A stretch of 63,442 nt of DNA, the filler included, from Malassezia furfur (taxonomy: Eukaryota): the NCBI GenBank assembly GCA_052055015.1. It is 18 parts of 18 records of this genome, joined end to end, with 100 filler letters (N's around TTAATTAATTAA, not from the genome) between each part and the next. Parts side by side here need not be neighbours in the genome. Positions count along the whole stretch, not along the records: positions 10,834 to 14,306 come from JBQJIT010000766.1; positions 14,407 to 17,877 come from JBQJIT010000767.1; positions 17,978 to 21,438 come from JBQJIT010000768.1; positions 21,539 to 24,985 come from JBQJIT010000769.1; 14 more parts are not named here. The stretch is one strand, 5' to 3'. Below, piece by piece: positions 12,526-23,888 of this stretch; the stretch's first letter is position 1; each line of letters opens with the position of its first letter. Under the pieces are notes generated by a model. That model searched no databases, was not told the DNA's origin, and saw only the letters and a list, made by a program, of their open reading frames with translations. The translations under genes were made by a program, and so were the position numbers.

Positions 12526-13338
12526 CTACGGATTCAAGTCCAAATCAAACGCGTCGTCGTCGTCCATCGCATACGACTCGAGCGCCGCGGGCGCGGGCGC
12601 TGGCGGCTCGACCTCCATCCCACCTGCCGCAGCCGCCGCGGCCTCTGGCGGCACACCGCTCGGCTCGGGTTGGAGCACTCCACCCGCCGCGTCCGCATAC
12701 AAAATGCCCTGCCGCATCAACCGGTCCGAGGGGAACGGCAGCTCTTGCGGCATCGTAGGGATCGCGGGATCGTAGTAGCCAGCGGCACGCGTCGCATCAG
12801 GGTTATAGTCAGGTGCAAGGCGCTGTGAGCGGTCGTCGCCCTTGGGCGCCTGGGGGTCAGGCTGCAGGCGGTAGCCGGGCGGCGCCGAGGTGTACCGCGC
12901 CAAGCGCTGGGCATAAGCAAGTACGGCCGTAGGCGACAGGGGGTCTGTGGGTCAGCATTGCACGCCCGACGTACCGTCTTCAGCGCGCTGCATCTCGTCG
13001 CGCTCGGCGTCCGCGGCATCCAAAAGAGCTTGCAGCTCAGAACGGAGCGACGCAATCTGCGCAATGCTGTTCCGCTGCAGGGTATCACGCTCTTTGATGC
13101 GTCGGAGCAGCGGGTCAAGTCGCGCCTGGTTTGCTTGGTGCGCAGCAGCCAGCCCCAGTGTCGTGGGCAGCGACGCCTCCAACGAGGTCAGTGCCGCGAG
13201 GTGCTCGCCAATCGCATCCGTCTCATCAACACCGTGCTGATCTAGTGCCGCGTTGCGCGCGAGCTCGTCAAAGAGCGACTGGGCATGCGTGCGCAATGCC
13301 CCCAGCACGCCCCCGAGCTCCGCCTGCAGCGTTCCCAT
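12526..13338 (-). CDS. MED4: Mediator subunit Med4 (copy A); intron 12945-12974
   Basis: Coiled coil, then AVLAYAQRLARYTSAPPG...PFPSDRLMRQGIL and acidic tail FDLDLNP, typical of fungal Med4. Confidence 0.82.
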
Positions 13339-13390
13339 CCGCCGTCGTCGGTGGAGGTCGAGACCAGCCACTCCACATCGACGCACGCCC

Positions 13391-14306
13391 ATGGCCGAGC
13401 GCGCGGCGCGCGGCGCGTCGTCGCTGTACGCCGGCATTTTTGGCCCAGCGGACGACAAAGAGCAGAAAAGTGGTGAGGTCCAATCACAGCCGCACGCAGT
13501 CATGCTGCCCCCTGCCAGTGACGAGGCTAGTCCTCTTGCCTCCCCGCCAGATCTCCACAACCCTGCGCCTTTACGCGCCCGGGCAGACGCACCCGCGGCC
13601 TGGTCCCCCGCGCTCCGATTCGTGCCAAGGAAGCGGACAGAGCGAGTGCGTACCACCAAAAGCGCGATACATCTCCTACCCTCGGCCACGCACGAGGCAG
13701 TAACGCACGAAACACCCCGACCGTCCGCATCCACCCACCCTGCCTCGGTGGAGACGCCCACAGCCGGGGCGGAGCAGCACCCGCCCCCCGCCCCACCACC
13801 GCTGCGCTTGCCCGATTCCGAGCTGGAAAGAGACCGTGAGCGTGCACGCGCGGTGGCCGAGGCGTACAGCGAGCTCGAGGCCGAGTCGCTGGACACGGAC
13901 GAGGTGGATGAATTCCACGCGCATCATCCACGCAAAGTAGGTCGCTTCGCTCACCCAGAAACCACGGAGGGTACACTCATCGTCGGTCTCGGCGCTTGTG
14001 CGCAGTTTGAATGCAGACTATGACCCCGCTGTGCCGAACGATTATACCCAGCTCAGGGCACTCATAAACGAGCGCCGCCGTCGTCACCCGGATACGGACA
14101 GGTGGGAGGGCGAAGACGAAGAAGATCGAGGCCATGCACATCGCTTCCGCAAATTCGCCCCACCGTCGTCTTATACCCCCGTTGCACCGGCCCACGCCAT
14201 CCAGGAAGCGATCGAGGTGGGCTCTACGTACACCGACCCGAGTGCCGAACAATCCGTGCGGCGGTCCCCTGGGCCCCCACCTAAGTCACCACCAAGGCCC
14301 CCACCT
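13391..14306 (+). CDS. Splicing factor SPF45/RBM17-like, N-terminal part (copy A); 22-nt intron 13937-13958
   Basis: SLYAGI, WSPALRFVP, SPF45-type DYDPAVPNDY and FAPPSSY motifs. Truncated before the expected G-patch. Confidence 0.7.
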
Positions 14307-14406
14307 NNNNNNNNNNNNNNNNNNNNNNNNNNNNNNNNNNNNNNNNNNNNTTAATTAATTAANNNNNNNNNNNNNNNNNNNNNNNNNNNNNNNNNNNNNN
14401 NNNNNN

Positions 14407-15319
14407 GGGACCTGGCGGGGGACCTGGCGGAGGCCCAGGAGAGCGCCGCACATTTTGCCCGACAGCCGAGTCGGTGCGCGCATAGTCCATTTCGACTGCC
14501 TCCTGGACTGCATGAGCGGGCACGCTGGGGGTATAGGACGGCGGCGGGGCGAATTTGCGGAAACGGCGTGCATAGCCTCGATCTTCTTCCTCGTCTTCGC
14601 CTTTCCACCGATTCGCATCCGCGCGACGGCGTCGGCGCTCGTTCATGAGCGCCTTGAACTGGGTATAATCGTTTGGCACAGCAGGGTCGTAGTCTGCATT
14701 AAGACTGCGCACCAGCGCCAAGGCAGGTGACGGGTGTTCCCTCCGTGGTTTCTGGGTGAGCAAACCGACCTACTTTTCGAGGATGTTGCGCATGGGACAC
14801 ATCCACATCGTCCGTCTCGAGGGGTTCGGCATCCAGCTCGCCGTATACTTCGGCTACTGCGCGCGCGCGCGCGCGGTCTCTTTCCAGCTCGGCCTCTGGG
14901 AGGCGCAGAGGCGGCGTGGCAAATGACAAAGGCTGTTCTGCCTGCGTCGAAGGCGACTCCACCGAGGCGGGGTGAGTAGGTGCAGACGGTTGGGGGGCCT
15001 CGTGCGCTGCTGCCCTGTGCGTGACCGGGGGCAAGAGGTGGATGGCACTTTTCGTGGTACGCGCACGCTCTGTCCGCTTCCTTGGCACAAATCGGAGAGC
15101 GGGTGACCAGTTTGCCGGCGCGTCAGTCTGGACCTGCGACGCTGCAGGCTCGTGTGGAGCTGGCGGAGAAGCAGGCATGTTGGCCGCGTCGCTGGGCGCA
15201 TGGGGCGCATCCGTGTGCGGTTGCGACTGGGTCTCGCCACCCGGCTCCTTCTTCTCGTCATCTGGCCCGAAAATGCCGGCGTACAGCGACGACGCGCCGC
15301 GCGCCGCGCGCTCGGCCAT
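14407..15319 (-). CDS. Splicing factor SPF45/RBM17-like, N-terminal part (copy B); 22-nt intron 14752-14773
   Basis: Diverged homolog of 13391-14306 with the same motifs and intron position. Confidence 0.7.
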
Positions 15320-15371
15320 GGGCGTGCGTCGATGTGGAGTTGCTCGTCTCGACCTCCACCGACGACGGCGG

Positions 15372-16188
15372 ATGGGAACGCTGCAGGCGGAGCTCGGGGG
15401 TGTGCTGGGGGCGTTGCGCACGCATGCCCAGTCGCTCTTTGACGAGCTTGCGCGCAATGCGGCACTAGACCAACACGGCGCCGATGAGACGGACGCGATC
15501 GGTGAGCACCTCGCGGCGCTGGCCTCTCTGGAGGCGTCGCTGCCCACGACGCTGGGACTCGCTGCCGCGCACCAAGCGAACCAAGCGCGGCTCGACCCGC
15601 TGCTCCAACGCATCAAGGAGCGTGATACCCTGCAGCGGGACAGCATCGCGCAGATCGCGTCGCTCCGTTCCGAGCTGCAAGCTCTTTTGGATGCCGCGGA
15701 CGCCGAGCGCGACGAGATGCAGCGCGCCGAGGACGGTACGTTGGCCCACCCCCCCATGCTGACCTATAGAACCCCTGTCACCCGCGGCCGTACTAGCGTA
15801 TGCCCAGCGCTTGGCGCGGTACACTTCGGCGCCGCCCGGCTACCGCCTGCAGCCAGACCCCCAGGCGCCGAAGGGCGACGACCGCGCGCAGCGTCTTGCG
15901 CCTGACTATAACCCCCACGCGACGCGTGCTGCTGGCTACTATGACCCTGCGATCCCTACGATGCCGCAAGAGCTGCCGTTCCCCTCGGACCGGCTGATGC
16001 GGCAGGGCATTTTGTATGCGGACGCGGCGGGCGGTGTGCTCCAGCCGGAGCCGGGTGGTGCGCCGGCCGAGGCTGCTGCTGCTACTGCGAGTGGGATGGA
16101 CGTCGAGCCGCCTGCGCCTGCGCCGGCGGCACTCGAGTCGTATGCGATGGACGACGACGATGCGTTTGATTTGGACTTGAATCCGTAG
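15372..16188 (+). CDS. MED4: Mediator subunit Med4 (copy B); intron 15736-15769
   Basis: Near-identical protein to copy A, with many synonymous changes. Confidence 0.82.
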
Positions 16189-16430
16189 CTGCCGAAATGT
16201 GGAGTGGATTCCCCTGTCGTCCTCCCCTCCCGATGATCCCCAGCGCACCAGCCACACGGTGGCCGGCGTGCATGTGGAGGCATGAGCACGGGCCTAAGAG
16301 GCCGAGTGTCCTGCACGTGTATGCACCACCCTGCAGGGCCTGCTCGCGTTGGCGGCGCAGCCTCGCATCCACGCATCGTGCGGTGTCGGCGCTGACGGTG
16401 CGGCCACCCCACTTTGGCGACGCGGCTACG

Positions 16431-17877
16431 ATGGACGCGCATGGCCCTCCCTGGCGAGCGGCTGCCGATCCTGTCGCTGCGCCCCCCCTCGATATCGGGG
16501 CAGACGGGTTTGGCTTGGCTGCGATGGCCTCTCCGTCGCAAAGTTCGCCCGGTCTTGGCACCCCCCAGCGGCCGACGCAGACGCAGACGATGTCAGGTAT
16601 GACCGCGACTTCGCCCTACGACTACACCTACAGCTCTCCTGCCTCGCCACGCACCTACGACCGGTCTGGCCAGGTCGGCATCGGGGAGCTTGCCACGCCG
16701 CGGTGGTCGGCGCAGCTTGGCGAGCGTTTCCCCACCGGCGTGCAGAGGACGCCGGTCGCCTCGCCGAGCCGCGCCCCCTCGCACATACCCACCGAGCTGT
16801 CGAGCAGCCCGCTTACGCAGCAGCAGCAGGCTGCTGCGCGCCACGCCCGCGCGATCTCGTACTCGGTCGCGCCTGCGTTGCCGCCACGCAGCGAGCCGCG
16901 GGCGTCGCTGCAGGCGTTTGCGTCGATGCAGCACATCAGCGAGACGCCCGCGTCGCCCCCGAGCGCGTCGTATGCACACGCATCGCCCGAGCACTCTGCA
17001 GGTGCGCCGGGCGCCTCGGCGAGTGCCCCGCCGCCCGCGTCATCGCCCGCCGCATCGCCACTCGCCCGCTCGCCGCGCTCGCCCAAGGTGTCGTCCGGGA
17101 CGACGCCGCAGCGGCGCTCGCAGCGGATCTCTTCCTCTTCCTTCTTGCCGCACTTTTTGCGACGCGAGCCGAGCGAGTCGTCGCAGACGCAGACGCAATC
17201 GGCCACGCCATCGAATGCACACAGCGCACGCAAGTTCCTCGGGCTGAGCTCCACCGACGTGCTCCGCAAGCTCGATGGACTGAGTGTCTCGCCGCGTGGG
17301 GGCGCACCGCTCGGCGACAAGGACGAGGCCGACCAGAGCACGCGGTCGCTGCCCGCGCGCATGCTGTTTGGCACGTCGCACGAGCCGCGCACGAACAGCA
17401 CCGCTGCGCCCGACCTCTTCTTGGGCCGCGAGGTGCGCCACAACGGCACGAACGGCACCGTGCCTTCGGCGCGTGCGTCGATCGCGACGCTCGACGCGCC
17501 GACGTCGCTGGGCTCGACGCCGATCGCCCCGACCTCGGTCACGACGTCGGGCATGCGCGCGCAGCCCTCGACGCCGCCCGCCAGTTCGGACGCGGGGGCG
17601 CGCGGCATGCCCTCGACGTCGACGTCGTCGCCGCACTCGATGGTGCAGGCGCCGCCGACCTCGTCGGGGCTGTCCAGTGCGCCGAGCACCCTCACGCTGC
17701 ACGACGGGCACTCGGGCGTAGAGCACATGGCCACCGATGCGTCGGACGCGTCGCTGGCGCATGCGTCGGCCGCCGCGCCGACGCTGGCGCCGCCCTTGGG
17801 CCCCAGTGAGGCGCGCCCCGACTCGGCCGTCCCGCTGAACACCGTCGGTGCGCCGCCGGGGTTCCTGTCGCGTATAC
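16431..17877 (+). CDS. Uncharacterised Ser/Pro-rich protein, N-terminal part (copy B), 3' truncated
   Basis: Diverged homolog of 10834-12282. Confidence 0.7.
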
Positions 17878-17977
17878 NNNNNNNNNNNNNNNNNNNNNNN
17901 NNNNNNNNNNNNNNNNNNNNNTTAATTAATTAANNNNNNNNNNNNNNNNNNNNNNNNNNNNNNNNNNNNNNNNNNNN

Positions 17978-18896
17978 AGCTCAAAGTCGCCGTCGAGCGG
18001 CACAAAGTGGATGCTGCGGTCGCGCTCGAGCGTGTCGAGCTGGACGCACGGGTGGAAGGAGCAGTCGCTCAGCTTCACGGCCGAGGCCGTGGGCGGCGTC
18101 GAGGTGCTGGGGCGCGGCGACGTATCGATGCCGACGTCCGTGCTGAGCCCGATGCTGCATTCCGGCATGCCGCTCAGGTACGCGCGCATCATCACCTGGC
18201 CGTCGACGTCGGAGCGCAGCAGTGTGCCCTCGCTGCTGAGCAAGACGTGCATCGTCTCGATCACATCGACGTAGCATTCGTTCTTGCGGTACCGCACGTC
18301 GGGCCGCCGCCACGAGATCTGTTGCTGCTGCTGCTGCTGCTGCGCTTGCTGCTGGTGCGACGGCGGGGATATGCTCCAAAACAGGTCGTCGCCGCGGAAC
18401 CCGTCGTCGAGACGCAGGTCGTCGTTCGCCGTGTACATTTTGAGGGCGTTCATTTCGCTGTTCTAGGGGTATCCGAAATCCACGATTTCATCCAGCAGCT
18501 CGTACACGAGCGCAAAGTTTTTCTTGACCGTTTCCTCGCACAGCGGCGCCCGGAACGAGGTGCGCCAGATGGACTGGAAGCGGTACAAGAACTCGAACAC
18601 CAGCGCGGCATTCGCGTTGCACCGCGTGACGGCAACAAGGTACACGTCCTCTTCGCGCACCCACAGAAAACTGGTGCTGCCCAATGTCACGATCGGCACG
18701 GCGGTGTCAGCCGTGGGCAAGACGTGCGCACGGAACGCGTCGGGAATCCCGCGCCTGGCGTCAGTGGGGCGTGCGCGACGACGTACCGGAGATCGCTGCG
18801 GAACAGGCGCGAGATGAGCAAGTCGCCGCCCAAGTTGAACAAGAAGAAACCCTGCGTCAGTATGCGAGCGTGACGCGCGCGGCGTACCGAGATCAT
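17978..18896 (-). pseudogene. APM4: AP-2 adaptor mu subunit with in-frame TAG at 18463-18465 (nonsense allele or base error), 3' truncated; introns 18852-18887 and 18755-18786
   Basis: Spliced MISGFFLFNLGGDLLISRLFRSDL...[28 protein letters not shown]...ISWRRPDVRYRKNECYVDVIE...YLSGMPEC...FHPCV. The frame continues past the stop. Confidence 0.75.
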
Positions 18897-19052
18897 GGCG
18901 CGGAGTCTGGCCGCCGGTGTGCGCGCCCGCGTCCGCGGGGGGTGGGTGGGGTGTGGAGAGCGCCGTGTACCTCGCGAAATCCACGCAGGTGCGGCGAGCG
19001 GCTGACTAAACCACGACGCAGGCGGCTGGGCGGGGTGGAGGTCGTTCTCGCC

Positions 19053-20973
19053 ATGGCCCACCAAGCTGCGCGACCGAAGGACGCGGCGCCGACGCCGCGC
19101 ACGGCTACGGCATGGCCGCTCCGCCGTGCGCTGTTGCTCGCCGGCGCCGGCGTACTGCTCGCCATTGCCGCATACTTTGCGATGGACGAGCCACAGTCCG
19201 AGCTGGCCGCGTCTGTGCCGTCCTCCTCGGCGTCGTCGTCCGCCGCATCGTCCGCGGCGCCCTCGGCGTCGGCCGCCAAGGAGGCATATGCGGCCGAAGG
19301 CCGTACGCAAAAGGTGCCCTTCCGTCTGCCGCCCGTGCATCCCATCCCCGACCACCCCGTGGACGGGGCCGACGACGCGAAGCGCGAGGCGGTCCACAAC
19401 GCCTTCCGGCAGTCGTGGGCGGCGTACGAGCGGCACGCATGGGGCCTGGACGAGTTCCACCCCCTGTCGCGCTCTGGCAGCAACCTGCTGGGCGACAACC
19501 ATCCGCTCGGATACACGATCATCGATGCGCTCGACATGCTCATCCTGCTGAACGAGACCGAGGCGTATGCGCGTGCGCGGGACTGGATCCGCGACGAGCT
19601 GGACTGGGCGATCGATGGCCGTCTGAATGTGTTTGAGACGACGATCCGTGTGCTGGGTGGCCTGCTGTCTGCCACGGCGCTCGTGCGGGACCCGCCTGCT
19701 GGCGCGCTGCGGGCGCCCGAAGAAGATGCGGATTTGTTCCTCGAAAAAGCCGTGGCGCTCGCCGACCGGCTGCTGCCCGCGTTTGCGACGCCGACCGGTA
19801 TCCCGCTGCGTGAGGTGGATTTGATGACCGGCGAGGCGTTCCCCGACACGGACAACCACAATGCGAGCAGTCTCGCCGAGGCGACGACGGTGCAGCTCGA
19901 GTTCAAGTATTTGTCGCACCTCACCGACGACCCCAAGTACTGGCGCGCGGCCGAGCGGCCGATGCAGTATGCGCGGGCGATGAGTTTGCCGCCGACGCTC
20001 GGCATCCTGCCGATTTTGATGAGGTGGGTGTATTGCGACTGACGCAGTGTCGAGACGGGCCAGTTTTACATGACCGACATCCGGCTGGGCTCGCGCGGCG
20101 ACTCGTACTACGAGTACCTGGTGAAGCAGTACCTGCAGACGAACCGGACCGAGGAAGTGTACCGCGAGATGTACGAGTACGCCTTTGACGGGATCAAGAC
20201 GGGGCTGCTGGGGCTGAGCACGCGGCAGGACCCGCCGCTGGTGCACACCATCGAGCTCATCCCGCGCCCCGGTCCCGAGGGTCCGACGTGGCACAAGGTG
20301 CCGAAGCAGGACCACCTCGTGTGCTTCTTGGGCGGCACGATGATGCTGGGTGCGGCGGCGTCGCTGCCCGGTGCGCTCGCGCCGCCGCGCACGGCGCGCA
20401 ATGCGACGCGCGCGGCCATCGAAGACTGGCGTGTGGGCCACGAGCTGACGCGCGCGTGTGTCGACACGTATACGCGCTCGCGCACGGGCCTTGGCGCCGA
20501 GATTGTCTTCTACTTGCCGCCCGACGTGGGCGAGCCGGACGCGCGCGACTGGATGGTGAAGCGGTGCGTGGGCGTGTGAAAACTGACGGCGCAGGGCCCG
20601 CGGTACGGAGGAGACGCCGCCGATCGATGCGCGCAACATTCTGCGCCCCGAGACGGTCGAGTCGCTGTACATTGCGTACCAGCTGACCGGCGACGAGGTG
20701 TACCGCACGTGGGGCTGGTCGATCTTTGAGGCGTTTGTGCGCTACGGGCAGGTCGACGGGGGCCGCGGCGGCTATGCCGGGATCGACGACGTGGACGCGG
20801 AGCATCCGCAGCAGCTGGACCGCATGGAGACGTTCTGGCTCTCGGAGACGCTCAAGTACCTCTACCTGCTCTTTTCGCCGCGGCACGCCGTGCCGCTCGA
20901 TGCGTGGGTGTTCAACACCGAGGCGCACCCGCTGCCGGTCTTTCGCCCCACGCAGCCGACGTCCATAGTTTAG
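19053..20973 (+). CDS. MNS1: ER alpha-1,2-mannosidase, GH47; introns 20024-20047 and 20564-20594
   Basis: Type II TM anchor. Motifs NVFETTIRVLGGLLS, GSRGDSYYEYL, ILRPETVES, METFWLSETLKYLYLLF and VFNTEAHP. Confidence 0.94.
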
Positions 20974-21078
20974 TCAGCCTGCTCTGGCCGCGCGTGGGCG
21001 GGGCGCCAGCGCCCCGCACCGGCGCCCCTCCACTTGATCGCGGGTTGTCCCCAGCCGGGTGTGTGTGCGGAGGCAGCG

Positions 21079-21438
21079 ATGAGCGACGAGGGTGCGGAGC
21101 ACCCGTGCATCGCCGAGGAGCGGCCGGACGGCGAACCCTGCACGCACATGCTGGAGGAGCCGAGTGGGCCCATCGCCGGCTGCGACGAGCAGCCGCGGCG
21201 CACGTTCCCGACGCTGCACGAGCTGCAAGACGCCGTGCACCGACTGGAGCGGGAGCTGCGCATTGACCGGGCGAACAGTCCACTGAGCGGGCGCATCATC
21301 CATGTTGCGCACAAGATGCCATTTGTGCTGCAGTCCATGGCCGAGGTCGAGCACCACGGGCGGCTCGCGGCGCAGACCGCGGCGGTCGACCGCGTTGCGC
21401 AGCTCGCGCAGGCGGCGCGTGCGCGGCGCGCCGAGCGC
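21079..21438 (+). CDS. TPS2: Probable trehalose-6-phosphate phosphatase Tps2, N-terminal fragment
   Basis: PLSGRIIHVAHKMPF resembles the start of the GT20 region of basidiomycete Tps2. Only about 120 codons are present. Confidence 0.55.
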
Positions 21439-21538
21439 NNNNNNNNNNNNNNNNNNNNNNNNNNNNNNNNNNNNNNNNNNNNTTAATTAATTAANNNNNN
21501 NNNNNNNNNNNNNNNNNNNNNNNNNNNNNNNNNNNNNN

Positions 21539-23821
21539 TCGCCCGAGCGCGCCGAACCCGTGGTGCCGCCCGACCACCCGTGGGCCGCCGTGCTCGCCCC
21601 GCCCGCGCTCGGCGGGCGTACGCCCAATGCGCCAGCGATGCCGCGTACACCACTTACGCTGCCGCGCACGCCGCTTGCGCTGCCGCGCACACCCGGCATT
21701 GTGCCGCCCGCGGCAGAGGCTCAGGCACCGAAGGATGCGCCCCCCGCGTCGTCTGGGTTCCTGGGCGTGCCTGGCATGCCTGCGGCGTCCGCACCATCCA
21801 CAGAGCCCACGAAGCTCGCGCCGCCTCCTACGCTCGAGGCACCGCGTCCCTCGCCGGGGAAGCCGGGCTTTTTCCCGACCCTGCCGCCCGACGCCGGAAA
21901 GCGGCCCAGCAGCGCGCCCAATCTGTCGGTGCCGACACTGCGGCTGCCTGGGCAGGGCGGTGCTATACCGAGCGGTGCAGCGCTGCCACAGGGCGCGCTT
22001 GCTGGGCGCCGGCCACAGGCACGCACCCCGTCGCCGAACATCCCCGAGGTGGCCTCTGGGCGTATTCAGTCGCTTACCGCCGCGGCGCTGGTCGAGCGGC
22101 TCCATGCAGAGGACCCGTTGCTGGTCGTTGATATCCGTCCTGCGACGGCGTTTGCGCGAGGGCACATCCGCGACAGCGTGAACCTGTGTGCGCCCAGCAC
22201 GCTGCTGAAGCGCAAAGAGTTCACGCTGGACCGCCTCGAGACGCAGATGCTTGACCCAGGCGCAGAACGCGAGCGATTCGCGGCGTGGCGTACGCACAAG
22301 TCGAATGCGTGGGTGGTTGCCCTCGACACCGACGCCGTATCCGCGACGAGCATGGGCCGGTCGACGTCGGGAGGCGGCGGTCCGTGCCTGGTGGGCCTGC
22401 TGTGCAAATTCGCGCAGGAGGACTACCCTGGCCGCCTGTGCTGGCTGCACGGCGGCTTTACGGCGTTCCAGGCACTCGCCGAGGCCAAGCCCCTCATTGT
22501 GCGGGAGGAGGTGCAGGCGGTGCGCGCGCAGTCGCTGCCTGTGTCACCCGAGATCGTGCGGCCACGTGGCCTGTCGCTCGAGGCGTTCCGGCTGCCGACG
22601 TGCGACGCACAGGCCCCGGCGCAAGCGGCGAATCCGTTCTTTGACAACATCCGGCAGAACCTCGAGCTGGCGTGCGGCATCACGGACGTGGTGCCGCTCG
22701 AGCCGGGCGAGCTGTCCGATGCGCAAAAAGCGCGCCTGCCAGCGTTCCTCCAGTCGCTGCTAGCGCAGCCCTCGAAAAAGCGGGCCGAGCACCTCGCGGA
22801 GCTCTTTTACCGGATCGAAAAGAGCGAGCAGGAGCGACTGCAGGGCGTGATGCGCCGCCACTCGCACGGCGACGCACGGGCCGACTCCGCACAGCTCTCG
22901 GCGCGCGCGGCGCACCCACAGACGCCGACGGAGCGCGAGGTGGCCGACGATGCGGGCTTCCCGCTGAGCATCACGGCGGCGCTCGAGCGCGGGATGGACA
23001 ACCGGTACCGCAATCTGTGGACGTATGAGCACTCGCGCGTGAAGCTGTCGCACCCGCTGGACCCGAACGACCCCGGCTCGAACTACGTGAATGCGTCGTT
23101 TGTGAACCCGCTGCGCCATCGCGGGAGCCACCGCGTGAGCATCGCGACACAAGCGCCGCTCCCCGTGACTTTCCTGGCATTCTGGGAGGCGATCTGGGAG
23201 CAGAATACCCATGTCATTGTGATGCTGGCGCGCGAGTTTGAGGCGGGCCGGCTGCAGTGCCACAACTACTGGACGTTTGACTCGCCGCAGCTCTCGGTGG
23301 AGGTGGAGCGCGAGGAGCCGCTGACGCGCGCCGACCTCGGTCTCGAGGGCGATGCGCGCGTCGCGCTGCACCGCGTGCTCGTCGTGCACCGCGGCGACGC
23401 GACGCGCCGCGTGCACCAGTTCCAGTACCTTGGCTGGCCGGACCACAGCGTGCCCGATTCCGCCGACGAGCTGCTCGCGCTGTCGGCGCGGGCGGACGCG
23501 GCGCGCGGCGCGCATGATGGCCCGATGGTCGTACACTGCTCCGCAGGCATCGGGCGCACCGGCACCCAGATCATCATCGACGCCGTGTTGCACTATTTGC
23601 GCCGCACGCAGGCGCGCCTGGACGCGGCGGACCGCGGCGCGACGGACCGCGACGCGGCGGACGTGCGTGCGGCGCGCGACGCGTGGTACGGCTCGACGGA
23701 CATCATATTTGAGGCGCTCTCGGTGATGCGCGAGCAGCGCATGTCGGTGGTGCAGACGGTGCGCCAGTACGTCTTCATCTACCTCGCCGTGATCCACGCC
23801 CTCGCCGGTAGCTGTACATAA
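21539..23821 (+). CDS. MAPK-type protein tyrosine phosphatase (rhodanese + PTP; Ptp2/Ptp3/Pyp1-like), 5' truncated
   Basis: Rhodanese region DIRP..F..GHIRDSVNL, then NPFFDNIRQN, NRYRN, YVNAS, IATQAP, GWPDH and catalytic VHCSAGIGRTG. Confidence 0.92.
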   Translation, partial: SPERAEPVVPPDHPWAAVLAPPALGGRTPNAPAMPRTPLTLPRTPLALPRTPGIVPPAAEAQAPKDAPPASSGFLGVPGMPAASAPSTEPTKLAPPPTLEAPRPSPGKPGFFPTLPPDAGKRPSSAPNLSVPTLRLPGQGGAIPSGAALPQGALAGRRPQARTPSPNIPEVASGRIQSLTAAALVERLHAEDPLLVVDIRPATAFARGHIRDSVNLCAPSTLLKRKEFTLDRLETQMLDPGAERERFAAWRTHKSNAWVVALDTDAVSATSMGRSTSGGGGPCLVGLLCKFAQEDYPGRLCWLHGGFTAFQALAEAKPLIVREEVQAVRAQSLPVSPEIVRPRGLSLEAFRLPTCDAQAPAQAANPFFDNIRQNLELACGITDVVPLEPGELSDAQKARLPAFLQSLLAQPSKKRAEHLAELFYRIEKSEQERLQGVMRRHSHGDARADSAQLSARAAHPQTPTEREVADDAGFPLSITAALERGMDNRYRNLWTYEHSRVKLSHPLDPNDPGSNYVNASFVNPLRHRGSHRVSIATQAPLPVTFLAFWEAIWEQNTHVIVMLAREFEAGRLQCHNYWTFDSPQLSVEVEREEPLTRADLGLEGDARVALHRVLVVHRGDATRRVHQFQYLGWPDHSVPDSADELLALSARADAARGAHDGPMVVHCSAGIGRTGTQIIIDAVLHYLRRTQARLDAADRGATDRDAADVRAARDAWYGSTDIIFEALSVMREQRMSVVQTVRQYVFIYLAVIHALAGSCT

Positions 23822-23888
23822 GAAGGTGGAGGCGTTGCACGTGATGGGCGTGTTGTTGTGGGCGGCGCGTTCAGGGCGACTCCACACC

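Noticed and set aside
10834..17877. Apparent 7-kb inverted repeat/palindrome
   Set aside because: The two halves are separate contigs that are adjacent only because their lengths are nearly equal (3473 and 3471 bp). Their orientation is arbitrary.
18463..18465. TAG-to-Gln genetic code reassignment, or A-to-I stop editing
   Set aside because: Many genes here terminate at TAG at their expected ends. A-to-I editing would give Trp, not the conserved Gln.
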